In this document: positions 13,209 to 25,502 of the stretch, in pieces
Numbering within the stretch: the stretch's first letter is position 1
Layout: each line of letters starts with the position of its first letter
Source of the DNA: Octopus sinensis
Lineage: Eukaryota
Length of the DNA stretch: 64,000 bases
NCBI RefSeq assembly: GCF_006345805.1
Contig: NW_021832531.1
Span: 1 to 64,000 of the forward strand
Direction of reading: 5' to 3'
Translations under genes and position numbers: made by a program
Notes under the pieces: model-generated
Seen by the model: the letters and a program-made list of their open reading frames with translations, nothing else
Databases searched by the model: none
Told to the model about the DNA's origin: nothing

Positions 13209-15165
13209 TATTCAAAAAAAGAGATGACTATTTCATTAGGAGAAATTTTCCTAATCTCACTCCTTATCATATCCGTATATTCTCTAATTCTTTTCACTAA
13301 TTCCGAAAAGCAAGCCAAAGCATTGATTAACAATTTACCGTGTATTGCAAACATAAGTATACTCAAAAAATGGCGTCGATTGATATATTGGAACTCTTTG
13401 TCTTCAATGTCCTGACCTCTACGTTTTATTAGTTAAATGCTGTAGTTATTGCGTTGTCACGTTTTTTGTGTTGTGTGACTTTAAAAATAACAGAATTCCT
13501 GAACTTGTTTGCCGAAATAGTTCAGTTGATAAAATGAACATAAAGTTTATCCAGACCCATGCTAATGTCAAAAATCTGAAGACTTAGTTACAAGACCCGA
13601 ACTCCTTGTTTCATATTGCCAGGAATGTCCGGGAAAAAAGCAAGGGAATGATAAAACTTGTCATTTGGTTTGAGTGATGCAAAGAGTGATATTGATTGAA
13701 CAATCTTCAAGACCAAGCAATATTTGAAAATTAATACTCCCTGGTCGGGATGGCGCAATTGCATTCTAGTCTATCTACCCTAATCAATTGACCAGTTTTT
13801 GAGAATAATATCCAATTGAGTAATCAACATTCTGAAGAACAAGGACAAGTCCAAGTGAAAAGAGAATGTGGAGAATAGAATTGTGAAGTTGAAAATTGTC
13901 TATATCTAAAATTGTTTTGCCAATCTTTTATCGGAAAAAAGGCCTACAAAGTGTTTTGTCTTTGGTGGACGACAAGAAAATCTTTATTTTGTGAAATACC
14001 CACTAACGAAATGAGAAGGTGATGTAAAAAGTTTGAGCTCACCAGGATGTGCTTCTATCAACAAGAACAGTATTAGGGTGTCAGTAGATTATGAAGAAAG
14101 TTTTGGGAACATGATACAGATAGTTGCCCAGAGATCACGAAGAAGGGCATAAATTTAAATGTCTAAAAGCTTTCTTAAAGACATAATTAAATTCTTATCG
14201 GATTGCGAGGGCCGCGGGTGTGATGGGGTTTATAACTTAAGCTTGATTCCTTTTATGTGTAAATCTTTGAACAGATGATGATGGTAATACGGAGATAGCA
14301 GTCAGGGGATTGTCCTTATAATGAGATTACACACTTAATCAGAAATGTGAAAATAGTGTGCCTTCAGGAAATTCTCAACAAACTATAGGTGCATAAGCTT
14401 TATGAATGCATTTGGACATTTTCAGGAAATCAAATGGGATCTGGAAAGAAAAACACTTGCTCAAGGAATTTCTGGGAATTACTAATGGGCTTAACAAAAA
14501 GGAATTGTGGAAGTGGTAGAACGAATCCGTAATAAAACAAATCATAACTGCTGAAATGAAGCAGAAATATAGATGAAGGAACATTTATTAGAGAACAAAG
14601 CACGACGAGTTTCATTGTAAAAAATAAAATGGGCCATTCCGGTACCAGTTGTGAGAAAATAATCAATGGAGACTATGTAAGGAGATGCAACAAAGTTTTG
14701 AAGTGTGTGCAGAGGATTTGGTCTTGAATTAAATGTAATCGACGAATAAGTCATTTGAAATAATTCATTGAACGACATAATAGTGGCCACAAGCATGTTA
14801 TTAGTCTTGATGATAAAAATTAAATGTTAGATGTGTGAATAACGTATTCTCTGAGCAGGTCAAGGTCAATAGTTAAGAAAATACGAAAATAGTTTGAGTT
14901 AATCAATCATGGGGAAGTAGAGTTTATGCCAATACGTGGAATGGTCTTGTTACTTATCAAGATACTTAAAATCACTAAACATTCGACATACAGTTAGTCA
15001 TAAAGAAATCTCTGGAAGATATGATCGTTTCTTACCGAAACAGGATCGAGTCATGGGAGAGGTACGTCGAGTTGAACGAGAAGACAAGCATGCCTGCCAG
15101 ATGACATGACTAGGATAGCAACGCTTAAACGAGAATAATACGGTAAAATCTAAAAATAGAAACAT
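13209..15165 (-). CDS. Unidentified multi-exon gene co-oriented upstream of DOCK
   Basis: Long frames joined by phase-consistent 21-26 nt GT-AG introns (GKTILDIDNFQLHN...SQKL / TRMQLRHPDQG...KQGVR / IFDISMGLDKLY; C-terminus IREYTDMIRSEIRKISPNEIVISFFE*). The full structure was not resolved. Confidence 0.45.
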
Positions 15166-15338
15166 TTGCAGCTTTAAATAATTATTAATCATTTAATAAC
15201 AAATATAATACCTAACACAATTCATATTGATTTGCTTATAACAACTCTCAGATTATTTTTTAATCTTAAATATGTGGTCTCATAATAGTTATTATTATGT
15301 TTTAATTTTCTACTTTCATTGATGCATTTTCCAACAGT

Positions 15339-15427
15339 TGGGAGCAACCCGCGAAGGCGCTGTTGTTTCTGCTAGCCGCCGGTCTCATACCCTAATGTGA
15401 GACCGGGGTTATGCAACAACAACAACA
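15339..15427 (+). mobile_element. 89-bp 3' fragment of a LINE/SINE with (CAA)n tail
   Basis: 13-bp TSD attttccaacagt (15326-15338, 15428-15440); hairpin ccggtctca...tgagaccgg; tail caacaacaacaacaa. Confidence 0.88.
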
Positions 15428-15607
15428 ATTTTCCAACAGTATTTGTGTCCTCATAGTATTTTGGTCTCTTTTTGGGTACGTTTTGAATATTTCGAATTTC
15501 TCTTAATCCCCTACTTTCTCAAACACCAAACATCAAAACCTCAAATTTTTTTAATCTTTATTTATTTGGGCTACTCTATAATCTGGACTATTTTTGCCAA
15601 TCTTTGT

Positions 15608-17492
15608 TAGCTAGTTAGTTATGTTACCCCGGCTTCACTAACACGTAGGAAGCCGGCTGCAATCAGGTAGCGAGACGCGAAGATCGGGCGCTCCCAGAGA
15701 TCCCGAATCCCAATAGGCGGAGACAAGTGAGGCGGTCCAGGACAGGGGAAGAGGTCTTCAGGGGTGAAGGAAAGGTATGTTTCGAAAATGAGTGGATGAT
15801 GTCACGAGCGAATCTGAGCAAGCTGGACACGGAGATATCTGCCGAGTGATTGTTCTGAGGAGTGGACCGGCGGGGGGGGAGAGTTGAGAAGTTTGTTGTT
15901 TTTAAGCATCCTGATAGCACGAGAGGAGATGTAGTCATGGATTAGTTTATTTGCAGTTTTCCCATTGTTGGTTGAGAGTATTTTTGAAAGACATCTACAT
16001 TGATCGGCCAGAGTAGAAATGATGTGTCTTTTGTTTTCTGGAATAGAGATTTTGTGACTTTGATGAGAAAAGTCTTGTATTTCCTGTAGGAATTGGAGTC
16101 CTCTCATCGTCAAATGGTCTTCGAACGGAAGGATACAAGATTCCCAATGAAGATGATCGATGGGAGTGGATGCAAGGCAGCCAGTTATTGTGAGTTTTGG
16201 ATTCTTTGGAGTTTTTGGAGGTTTGAATAAGACAAGTTCCATGACCATGCTGGACTAGCATAGTTCATTGATGTTCTGACAAATTGTTTGTACACTAAAG
16301 TGAGGCATTCTTTGGCTTGGCCGTAAGTTTGTCCAGATAAGGCACGTAGTGCATTCAGTTGCGTTTGGCTTTGGTGGAAATGAGCTCCACGTGTTGCGTA
16401 AAAGATAGGCATTGATCGAATACGACTCAAAGGATTTTCGGGTTTTTCATAACAGGAATTATTTCACCGGCCACATAGAGGACTGGGTTTAGGTTGAATT
16501 GTCTTTTATCAGATGTAAAAACAGTGATGGACGATTTGGACGCAGAAGGAGTCATATGGTTAGATCCTAGCCATTTGGTCAGAGAGTCTAGATGAGTTTG
16601 GAGTGAGTTTGTTGCAGCGTCGATGGAATTGTTTCTTGAAGCAATCACTATGTCGTCAGCGTACGAGAGGAGTAGTGTTTCCGAATTAGTGGGCATATCA
16701 CTGAGGTGTAGATTGAAGAGGCCTGGAGAGAGACAGGAGCCCTGAGGGACCCCATTAGGTAATAGCGAAACCGGGAGTTTTTTGAACCGAATTTTGTCTG
16801 AGCCAGTCTACCAGATAAGAAGCTACACAGCCAGATTTTCAGACGATGGGGAATAAGAGAAGAGTGAATTTTTGAGCTCAGGACATGTCGTGAGGTCCGG
16901 TCAAAAGCCTTACTGATATCAATTGAGGCCAGGATTGTTCGATGGGGAGGGGAGTAGTTATTAAATCCGTCTGCAATGAATCTTGTTAGACAAGATAGGT
17001 GTGTAGTTGTTGAGTGCTGCGGACGGAAGCCATGTTGTGACTTTGATAGAGTGAGGAAAGGGTAGATTGATTTCAGGACAAATTTTTCGAGGATTTTTGA
17101 TAGGACAGAGATGAGTGAGATTGGCCTGAACGAGGCGGGGTCGCAGGGGTCTTTGTTGGGCTTCAGAATTGGAATGATAATAGATTTTTTCCAGACCATA
17201 GGTATTAGACCTGAGTTTAGCGAAGTTTTGAAGATATCTGTCAGAGCATTTAACCCATTTTGGCCAAGATTTTTCAAATGGTATATGGAAAGACCATCCG
17301 GTCCACAAGCGTGAGAATTCTTAGCGTTCTCGATAAGTTGACTGATTTCAGAAGTTGATATTGTGATTTCTGGAGAGGGGAAGTTTTTGTTAAGTTTGAG
17401 TTTTCGGCATCGGTTATCTTTGTCCATCCTCATGTGACTGATTTTCGCATAGTGCTTCATGATAGTGTTTGCCTGTTCTCTGAACGATAGTG
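15608..17492 (-). mobile_element. 5'-truncated jockey/I-like LINE (reverse transcriptase), frameshifted
   Basis: GPDG, FRPISL, QHGFR, DISKAFD and YADD motifs; 15-bp TSD tttgccaatctttgt (15593-15607, 17493-17507); 3' hairpin and TAAC-like tail. Confidence 0.93.
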
Positions 17493-17616
17493 TTTGCCAA
17501 TCTTTGTACTGGTCTTATATTCGATTCCAAATAGGGTCAGCCCTTAAATTATTATGAAATATTTATTTAATATTTGTGATTTTAATATAATAAAATCTAG
17601 AGCCGTCACTAATTGA

Positions 17617-18338
17617 ATGAATCATGTTAAGTGTCTGGTCGTAGGTGATGGGTAAATTATTAATTAAATTTGAAAAGTGCCGTGGGTAAAACGAGTCTTT
17701 TAATAACCTACACTACAAACATATGTCCTACAACCCATATTCCCACAGTGTTCTAAAATTTAAAATGACTGTCCATAGATTTGATCATTACTCCATGCAA
17801 TTGGCAGTCGAGGATTCGGGAGGCAGGACCATTTCTGTCCAACTCAGTCTGTGGGATACTGCGGGACAGGAGGACTACGATCTCCTGAGGACTCTGTCTT
17901 ATTCGAAAACCGTGTTGTGGCATCTCTGAATATTTAGGATGTATTCATTATTTGTTATTCGGTCGTCCAACCTTTTTCTCTCACCAACGTATCCGTCAAG
18001 GTGTTGTGTTGTGATGAGCACTCAGTGGCTGCCCGAAATTCGACGATATTGTCCGGACACTCCCTTCATCTTGGTTGGCACTAAAATAGATTTGCGCGAA
18101 GACAAGGAAATTCTCAACAAACTCAAAAACGCAGGCAAATTACCAGTGAGCTACGAGCAGGGCATTGCAGAAGCAAAACGACTGGGTAGGATGGTGTAGT
18201 GCATTTCCAGGCGCAGAAGAGTACATGGAATGTTCGTCCCTCCAACTTAAAAATGTGAAGGCTGTATTTGACACCACTGTCCAAATTGTTTTGAAACCAA
18301 AAAACATAAAAAATAAGTGTTCTTGCACTATTTTTTAA
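17617..18338 (+). CDS. Rac-like Rho-family small GTPase, 5 introns of 25-29 nt
   Basis: Spliced product [20 protein letters not shown]...IPTVFDHY...[10 protein letters not shown]...VGTKIDLR...CSCTIF* (CAAX box); W at the Rac W56 position. Confidence 0.93.
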
Positions 18339-18885
18339 TTATTGGACAGTTATTCTGAATAAATATATTTGTATGCATTTCCGAATTATTATTCTGACTT
18401 ATTCCTCTATTAGTCATAATTTGCAAACTATTTGTAATTTACTTTTTTAAATGGTTGGAACGTGGATTCACACAAGGCTAATTTAAAATTGTTCATTATA
18501 TAACCTACTAGTAATTATCAACGTAATTCAATTGGAGTACATTTAAAAACTCGATTGGTATCAAAACAGGACAATAACAACCACTCGAAATATATTCCAT
18601 AATATGTGCGAAAGACCAATAATAATAATAATCAAACGTGGTAGGGAAAGCCCCGTTGGCTAAAACACCGTAGGAAACCAGGAGACTTTGTAGAAGTATA
18701 TGCCTTTTATTTCAATCACCTTTTATCAGTAAAGGAGGAAACTACAAACTCAGAAACTTGGGATGTTTACTATGGATGATTAAATGAGCATGTATTTTAA
18801 ACTCGCTCTGAATGGTTCAAATTAGAAACAATCAAATGAGAGAATATTAATTTGTATAAATATTTATATTAAAACTGACAACGTT

Positions 18886-20453
18886 ATGCGAATCGTGCAG
18901 TGTGACTCTTATTACGATTATTGATAGATATTCCACGTATTCACCGCCCATACCAACATGTAACAAAATGCAGTGTTAGTACGTCGGCTTTCCTGTTCTC
19001 CTCCCCTCCAGTGGGAGGACCGAAAAAGGAAATGTTTGTGCGTGACAAACCACACGTGAATATTGGCACAATCGGTCATGTCGACCACGGAAAGACGACC
19101 CTAACGGCAGCCATAACCAAAAGTAGTAAACTAATCAAAACTAAAGTAATGTCGGAGAACAAACTGGCCAAGTTCTGTCGATATGACGAAATCGACAACG
19201 CCCCCGAAGAAAAGGCGAGGGGAATCACAATAAATGCGGCCCTCGTGGAATACTCGACAGAGAACAGACATTACGGACACATTGACTGCCCCGGCCATTC
19301 CGACTACATAAAAGTATTCTTTTCTAACCACCCAGAATATGATCACGGGGACTGCGGAGATGGAGGGGGCTATTCTCGTGGTTGCGGCCAATGACGGGTG
19401 CATGCCTCAGACCAAGGAACACATTCTCCTGGCCAAACAAGTTCAGTTGGATGGTCACATTTAGATCGGACTCGAACACGTGGTTGTATTTATTAACAAG
19501 GCCGACGACGCAGACTCGGAAATGCTCGAATTGGTTGAATTGGAGGTCCGCGAGTTGTTATCTGAGCATGGATTTGACGGAAACGAAACCCCCGTGGTTA
19601 TCGGCTCTGCTCTTTGTGCATTAGAAGTGATCCTTTGGCATATTCCTAGAACAAGAATCCCGATATTGGCAAGGAAAGTATCATTCGACTGTTGCAAGTT
19701 GTGGATTCGTACATTCCCGAGCCCGCTAGACCATTCGACCAGCCGTTTCTGATGCCGATCGAGCACAGTTTTACCATCCCCGGTCGTGGAACGGTGGCTT
19801 CTGGGCGAGTTCTCAGAGGGTGTATCAAAAAGGGTGACCCGGTCGTGGTTCTGGGGTTTGACAAGAGTACAAAAACAGTCATTAATGGTACTTCTGTTAT
19901 TGAGGTTGAGGAATTGAAATGTTTCATAAGCTGCTCGACTCAGGGCAGGCTGGTGACCAAATGGGTGCATTACTAAAGAATGTCAAGCGGGATGACCTTA
20001 AACGGGGAATGGTCCTTAAAGTACTTCCTCAGTCCCTCAAAAACCCCCCAATTTATAATCATATTCGTTGCAAGGTTTTAATTAGTTGTGAATGGAGTAG
20101 ATTTACATGACCTCGAAGGACGAAGGAGGAAGAATGAGGCCCCTCATCACAGGGCAGCATCTGATGGCCTATTGCATGACCTGGAATTGCAGATTGGCCT
20201 TGTATGAGTTGATTGGGCAGGAAATGCTCATGCCGGGCGAGAGTTGCGAGGTGGATGCTGTTCTCCACCGGAAAATGGTATATGAGGGGAAATAAAGCCC
20301 CAGTATATTGAAAAGGGGTCTCGCTTTACTCTGAGGGACTCGTCTACAACCGTGGGCTATGGTTTGGTCACCGATATTCTGGATGATTCCGACTGGGACT
20401 CCATGATGTTGGCTCGAAAGAAAGCTCAGAAACTTAAGGCAAAAGAACAATAG
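18886..20453 (+). CDS. TUFM: Mitochondrial elongation factor Tu
   Basis: [37 protein letters not shown] and RFTLRD motifs; N-terminal presequence; 22-26 nt introns. Confidence 0.95.
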
Positions 20454-21041
20454 TCCCTGTTTGTTATTCTAACAATGTTTTCTCTCGTTAAGACTATTTA
20501 TTTCGTCTCCTTTTATCAACATGATCCATGTTGTCTCAAGAAATTGTCCTTTCATTCAGTTTGAGATTTATGTTGGCGATATTTCGAGATGGCATATGTG
20601 GGCATTTTGTCCAAGATTTGTTCTACTTTGGTGTTTCAAGCTGATAGTTAGGAAAGATATACAGATGACAAGGAACTTGGGCGTCTACATGTTTAAGCGT
20701 TTTATTTTTGAACGGAAGAAAGTTTCAGGAAACCGAGTCAAAAGCATTTTAATGATCCACAAGGTCAGTTTGTGGGTCGAAGTAAAGAGAAACCCTCTAA
20801 ATGAATATGGAATCAAATGAAGGTAATACTTCTTCTTTTATTGTTGATAAAAAATTCATGCACAACTTGAGAATTCCCCTGTGAGCGAATGACATATTTG
20901 GTGAGAATGGAAACAGAAAAGTGTTATCATCCCCCGTGGAGTAGATATCGATGACTTGGGCTGATATGTCCGTAAATAGACAATCCAAGATAAACCATCA
21001 AAAACTTTATTGAAACCAAAAGAAAAAAGAGAATCTCAACA

Positions 21042-22012
21042 CTAAGAAGTAATCAGACGCATCAGGTTGAGGACCACATCAAATGTTTGATCTTTTAAAA
21101 TAACCATGTCGTATATTCTGAGGTACTCTTGAACAATTTCATCATTTGGATTGTTGACAAACCCAACCTTAATAACCACGTCGTAGTCAAGTCCATCACA
21201 CATATTGACATCTCCTGATGAATCTCCAAACAGAAAAATATATTTCTTGGCCACTGTTTCCTCATTTACGTTGCCGCGTGAATATTTATTGTAAGTGTGA
21301 ATAAGTGGTTGAGCGAATCCGTCGACACAGCCCTAATGTTGAGTAATGATAATTAGAACATTATCCTCAAATGTCATCGAATTGGCAACAATTAATATGT
21401 TATCTGATAATAAGTTGTGGTGGTTAAGAAACGACTTGATGACATCTCCAATCCCCGCAGAGAAGATAATAAATGGGACACTGTTATCACTCAAAATATT
21501 CGCAAATAAATCAAAATTATCTCTGAAAAGTAAATAAATAAACACTGACCGCATACGAATGAGATTTGTGTCCATTTTGGAATCCAAGTCTGTCCTCCTT
21601 ATTTTGGACTTGATTATAAGATCGTGGACAAGCTCCCACCAAGTCATCATTGCATCTCGTTTCTCATCTTCGGGCACATTGGGGTCAAATTCGATCTTAA
21701 GGTAATGATTTTGGAGATCAATAATTCGGCTCCTTATTTCACTGCTGGGAATCAGTTCACGCACATAATCTAAATACATAGAATGTGATTACTGTGCGTG
21801 GTGAGGCACTCTTCGCCGTTGTAGTGAGTCCGCGTTATTGATCTATCAAAATCTCCTATCACTAATATGTTATGTGGGTAGTTGTCAGCTAAGGCCTTAA
21901 TTTTTTGTGCTAAAATGGGCAAGTCGGGCACTATCACTGTCTTGTTTGTTATGTTTTTTAGCTATATTTTCTTATTTGCTAATAGAAATACGTTGTCAAG
22001 TATTCGATCCAT
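21042..22012 (-). CDS. NT5C3: Cytosolic 5'-nucleotidase III (HAD family)
   Basis: GDFDRSIT, FSAGIGDVI, GDSSGDVNM and KVGFVN motifs; tiny introns. Confidence 0.9.
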
Positions 22013-22116
22013 ACGTAATATTTATTTTATATAATTTTAATCGGTCTACTTATTTGTGATTAGTATAAATACAAATAAACATATTAAAAAAATCTTAAAT
22101 TGTTGAGGTAACTGCA

Positions 22117-23128
22117 ATGTGGCTATTCAATCCGTCGATAACCTCGTGGTTTATTGGCTTATCACTTCGAGCTCAGACAGTCTCGATTAATTTCAATCAA
22201 CCCGATTAAGTTGGGCAGTTATACATTTCAAACTATGACTCCATTTTAAGAACGTACATCGATTTCTTTAACAATATTAAATTCCTTTGCTTTCCGGAAA
22301 TCGTCAAGTTCAATCAAGGGTTAAGCAACTTTGTTTTAACATGTTAAAAATATTTTATTGTTTATAAAAAATGTTTTTGAATAATTGTTTGTTAGATAAC
22401 TCTGGTGGTTGGTATATTCAAATGCGGTCCTTAGGACTAATTACTCCGCGAGCATTGAGACCCCCTGTGCCCTCATCCCTTATTTTATTCAACAAACTGC
22501 AGAAAACAGGAAGACCACCAAGTCAATCTACTCTATCCCCAATATTTCAGTTCCAACAAGAGATTGTTGTTTTTACCAAGCAGTTTATTGACAAGTCGTA
22601 CTTATATTCTGCCATGGAATACTTCCAACGAACGGTTTACATGTCAAGATAAGTCTGCAGTTGCCCGGCGTGCTGTGCGAGAAGGAAGATTACGAGAATT
22701 ACACGGAGGACGTTGTATTCGCGAATCACATTTGGAAGCCCTACCAGACGACAGGCATCTCCGCCTACAAATGGGAAATATGCAAACTACGCAATATTCT
22801 CAAGTTGATATTCCGTGAAAGCAAGTTCGACATTCTCCACGTCTCCGTGGAAGAGGACGTCGACGAAATTCGAATACGCTGGCGGATTAGTGGAGTCTCT
22901 CGTTCGGAGATTGTGACCTCCAACCTGCTTGGTCAATATTTGGACGGATATTCCATTTTGTCTGTCAATACCGACGGAATGTGCTACTTTCATAAGGTGG
23001 ACAAGGTCGTTCCTGTTAATCAAGACGACACGCGGAAATTGTTCAGTTGGGGGCATTTGGCCGGACTCATTCGAATTAATTCGGAGGCCTCATTTTTTAC
23101 TAATGATATTCAATTTGATCCTGACTAA
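22117..23128 (+). CDS. C6orf136-like (DUF2358/NTF2-like) protein
   Basis: DYENYTEDVVF...IRIRWRISG...DGYSILSVNTDGMCYFHKVDKVVP resembles C6orf136. The start is approximate. Confidence 0.75.
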
Positions 23129-23246
23129 CACTTTTTTACTATCATATCTGAAATTAATCACAATGGTTGTGCTTCCTGGCTGAATTATGTTCAACAAAGT
23201 GCTCTTTGGACGACAACCATATCAGTGGCCTTCTCCCCTGAGAATA

Positions 23247-25502
23247 TTATTATTATTATTATTTGCAACATACGTAGAATCATATTAGTTATAATTTTAC
23301 TCGTGCAGCATTAAAAACAATCCTTTGAACCAGCCTCCTCCAACCTCCTCTGTCGTGAGCGAGTTTCCTCAGCTCGTCCAGATCCTCACCACTCCTTAGC
23401 CTTTTCTTCACACATTTCAGGTCTCCGTCAAGTGTTTCCGGCAGCGTAACACGTGGACGTCCACGGAAGCTCGATCCCTCTTTCAGGAAGTAGCCCTCCA
23501 TTGCTATGTTAGCTGGGGCAAGCATGTCCATTCGTAGAATATGGCCAAATAACCTCCACCGCATATTAACGATTTCCACACTCAGAGGGCCAGTTCTGCA
23601 TCTATTGTATAGCGATTCCTGGTTGATTCTTATAGGCCAGTTCAATCCCAGTAGGGATCTAAGTTGCCTGCGGTGAAAAGAATCGAGTCCACGTTGTTCA
23701 GTACTAGACATTCCCCAGGTCGCCGAATTATATGTCAGGATTGGTTTGACAAAGGCTTCATACATCCTCAGACGAAGTGACGTACAGAGTCGTCGTTTGC
23801 CGATCCACTCTTTCTTTATCTTGTTCATCGTGGCCCAAGCGAGAGCCTTTCTTCTGACAATATCATGGCCGTCCCCAAGTAGAGAACCAAGTTTGTTCGT
23901 TTTGCGCCAGGCTTCACTTGAGCTGCTCTCCATCCTCATGATTTCAACGATGTCGGTTTTTCCAACGTTCATTTTAAGGAACCATCTGTTCAGCTCAGCA
24001 GGTGCCACTTCAAGGAGTCGAAGTAAGGCCGATTTGTCGTCTGACACGAAGTCGACGTCATCTGCATATACAATTTCGACGATATTGCCAGCATAGAATT
24101 TTCGAAGGTCTCGTAGTGCCGTCTCCAGATAGATCACGAATAGCAACGGCGAGAGGGCGTCTCCCTGAGGGGTACCGACGTTGCACGTGAATTCACGGGA
24201 AAACGCCGTGCCGACCCGCACCTTGAGCTTTGTGTTCGATAGTAGTACTCTTATCATATTGACAGAGTCAGGGTCCAGGAATTGTTCCAGTATTTTGAGG
24301 AGTAGACCACGGCGTACCGTGTCAAAGGCCCTAGACAGGTCTATTCCCAGGACTGTTGTTGCACTTTTGTATCTCTGGGTGATAGCGCAGTACCACTTGT
24401 GGGCCCAAACAGCATCGGCGGTGGATCTTCCTGTCCTAAATCCACTATGACTCGGGGATAGATAGTTGTCCACTTGTTCTCTTATTCGGTTCAGTGTAAC
24501 TAATCCCAAAAGTTTCCGTAAGGTGTTTAGCAAGATTATAGGGCGTAGATTTTCGACAGGCCCAGCCTGCTTGTTAGGCTTTTGGATCGGTATTAATAAT
24601 CCGGAATCAAGACCGAGGAATTCCTTTTTCATAAACATACCATTGAGTAGCTCCGCCAGTTTGTCTGTTAGTGCAGGCGGTCCGTATTTAAACAGTTCTG
24701 AATTTATTCCATCCGGTCCAGAGGAGCGGCCATTTTTAAGTTTGGCTATTGCAGTTGATACTTCACCGGTGGTGATAGGTAGGCTGAGATGAGTGGTGTA
24801 TCCGCTGGTGTAATCGGATATTTCTCCGTGAGCGGTTAATATACTCTCGAAATACGAGGCTATATATTCAGCCTGCTCTTTGGGATTTGTGATGAATCTT
24901 CTATTGCTGTCATGGATTTTGAGTTTGTTAGTTTGTTTTTTCCTGTTGAGTAGGCGGATTGCCGTAAACATTTTTGAAGAGTCCTTTAACTGTTCAATTC
25001 CTGCAGCTATTAAGTCGAGTTTGTTAGTGAAGTTTGTCTTGTTCAACATTTTGATTTTTTTCTGGGTAGATGAACGTCTATTCTGTAAGATTTGTTTCTT
25101 CTTCGGATCAGATGTGTTTTCCAGTTGTAGTCTTAGCTCCTTTTGTTCTTTGATGAGGGCAGGGAGATCAGAGTGTATACCTTTGTTGCATAGTACTTGC
25201 GACCGGAGGCCAATTGCCTCGTCGGCTGCCAAGAGGATCCCTTTCATTGTCTCCGCCCAGGCACCTCCTGGAGAAAGTTCGGCATTTATGTTTCCAAGAG
25301 ATTTCATGATTGACAGTTGGTAGTTGTCTCTGACCAGCGTAGATGAGCACAGTTGTTCGATTTTATGCCTTATCCTTACATCAGCGTTGGGCCCTCTTCG
25401 TCGTAGGTCAATTGATGTCTTCATAGCAAACTTGGCAGAGACAATTTTATGATCACTGTAAGTAGCTGCACCTCCATAAGACCTTGAGTCTCGGAGAAGC
25501 GA
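23247..25502 (-). mobile_element. 5'-truncated RTE-clade LINE with an intact RT frame
   Basis: 16-bp TSD ttctcccctgagaata (23231-23246, 25503-25518); (TAA)n tail; SDH end of APE, GPDGI, DLSRAFD, PQGDALSP, YADD, RWRLFGHILR and RGRPR motifs. Confidence 0.95.

Noticed and set aside
13370-13700. Plus-strand gene starting MASIDILEL
   Set aside because: The frames soon hit stops on all phases, and the minus strand gives longer, phase-consistent exons.
20470-21000. Small gene between TUFM and NT5C3
   Set aside because: Some coding-like frames exist on the minus strand (KVEQILDKMPTYAISKY), but no consistent spliced model could be built.
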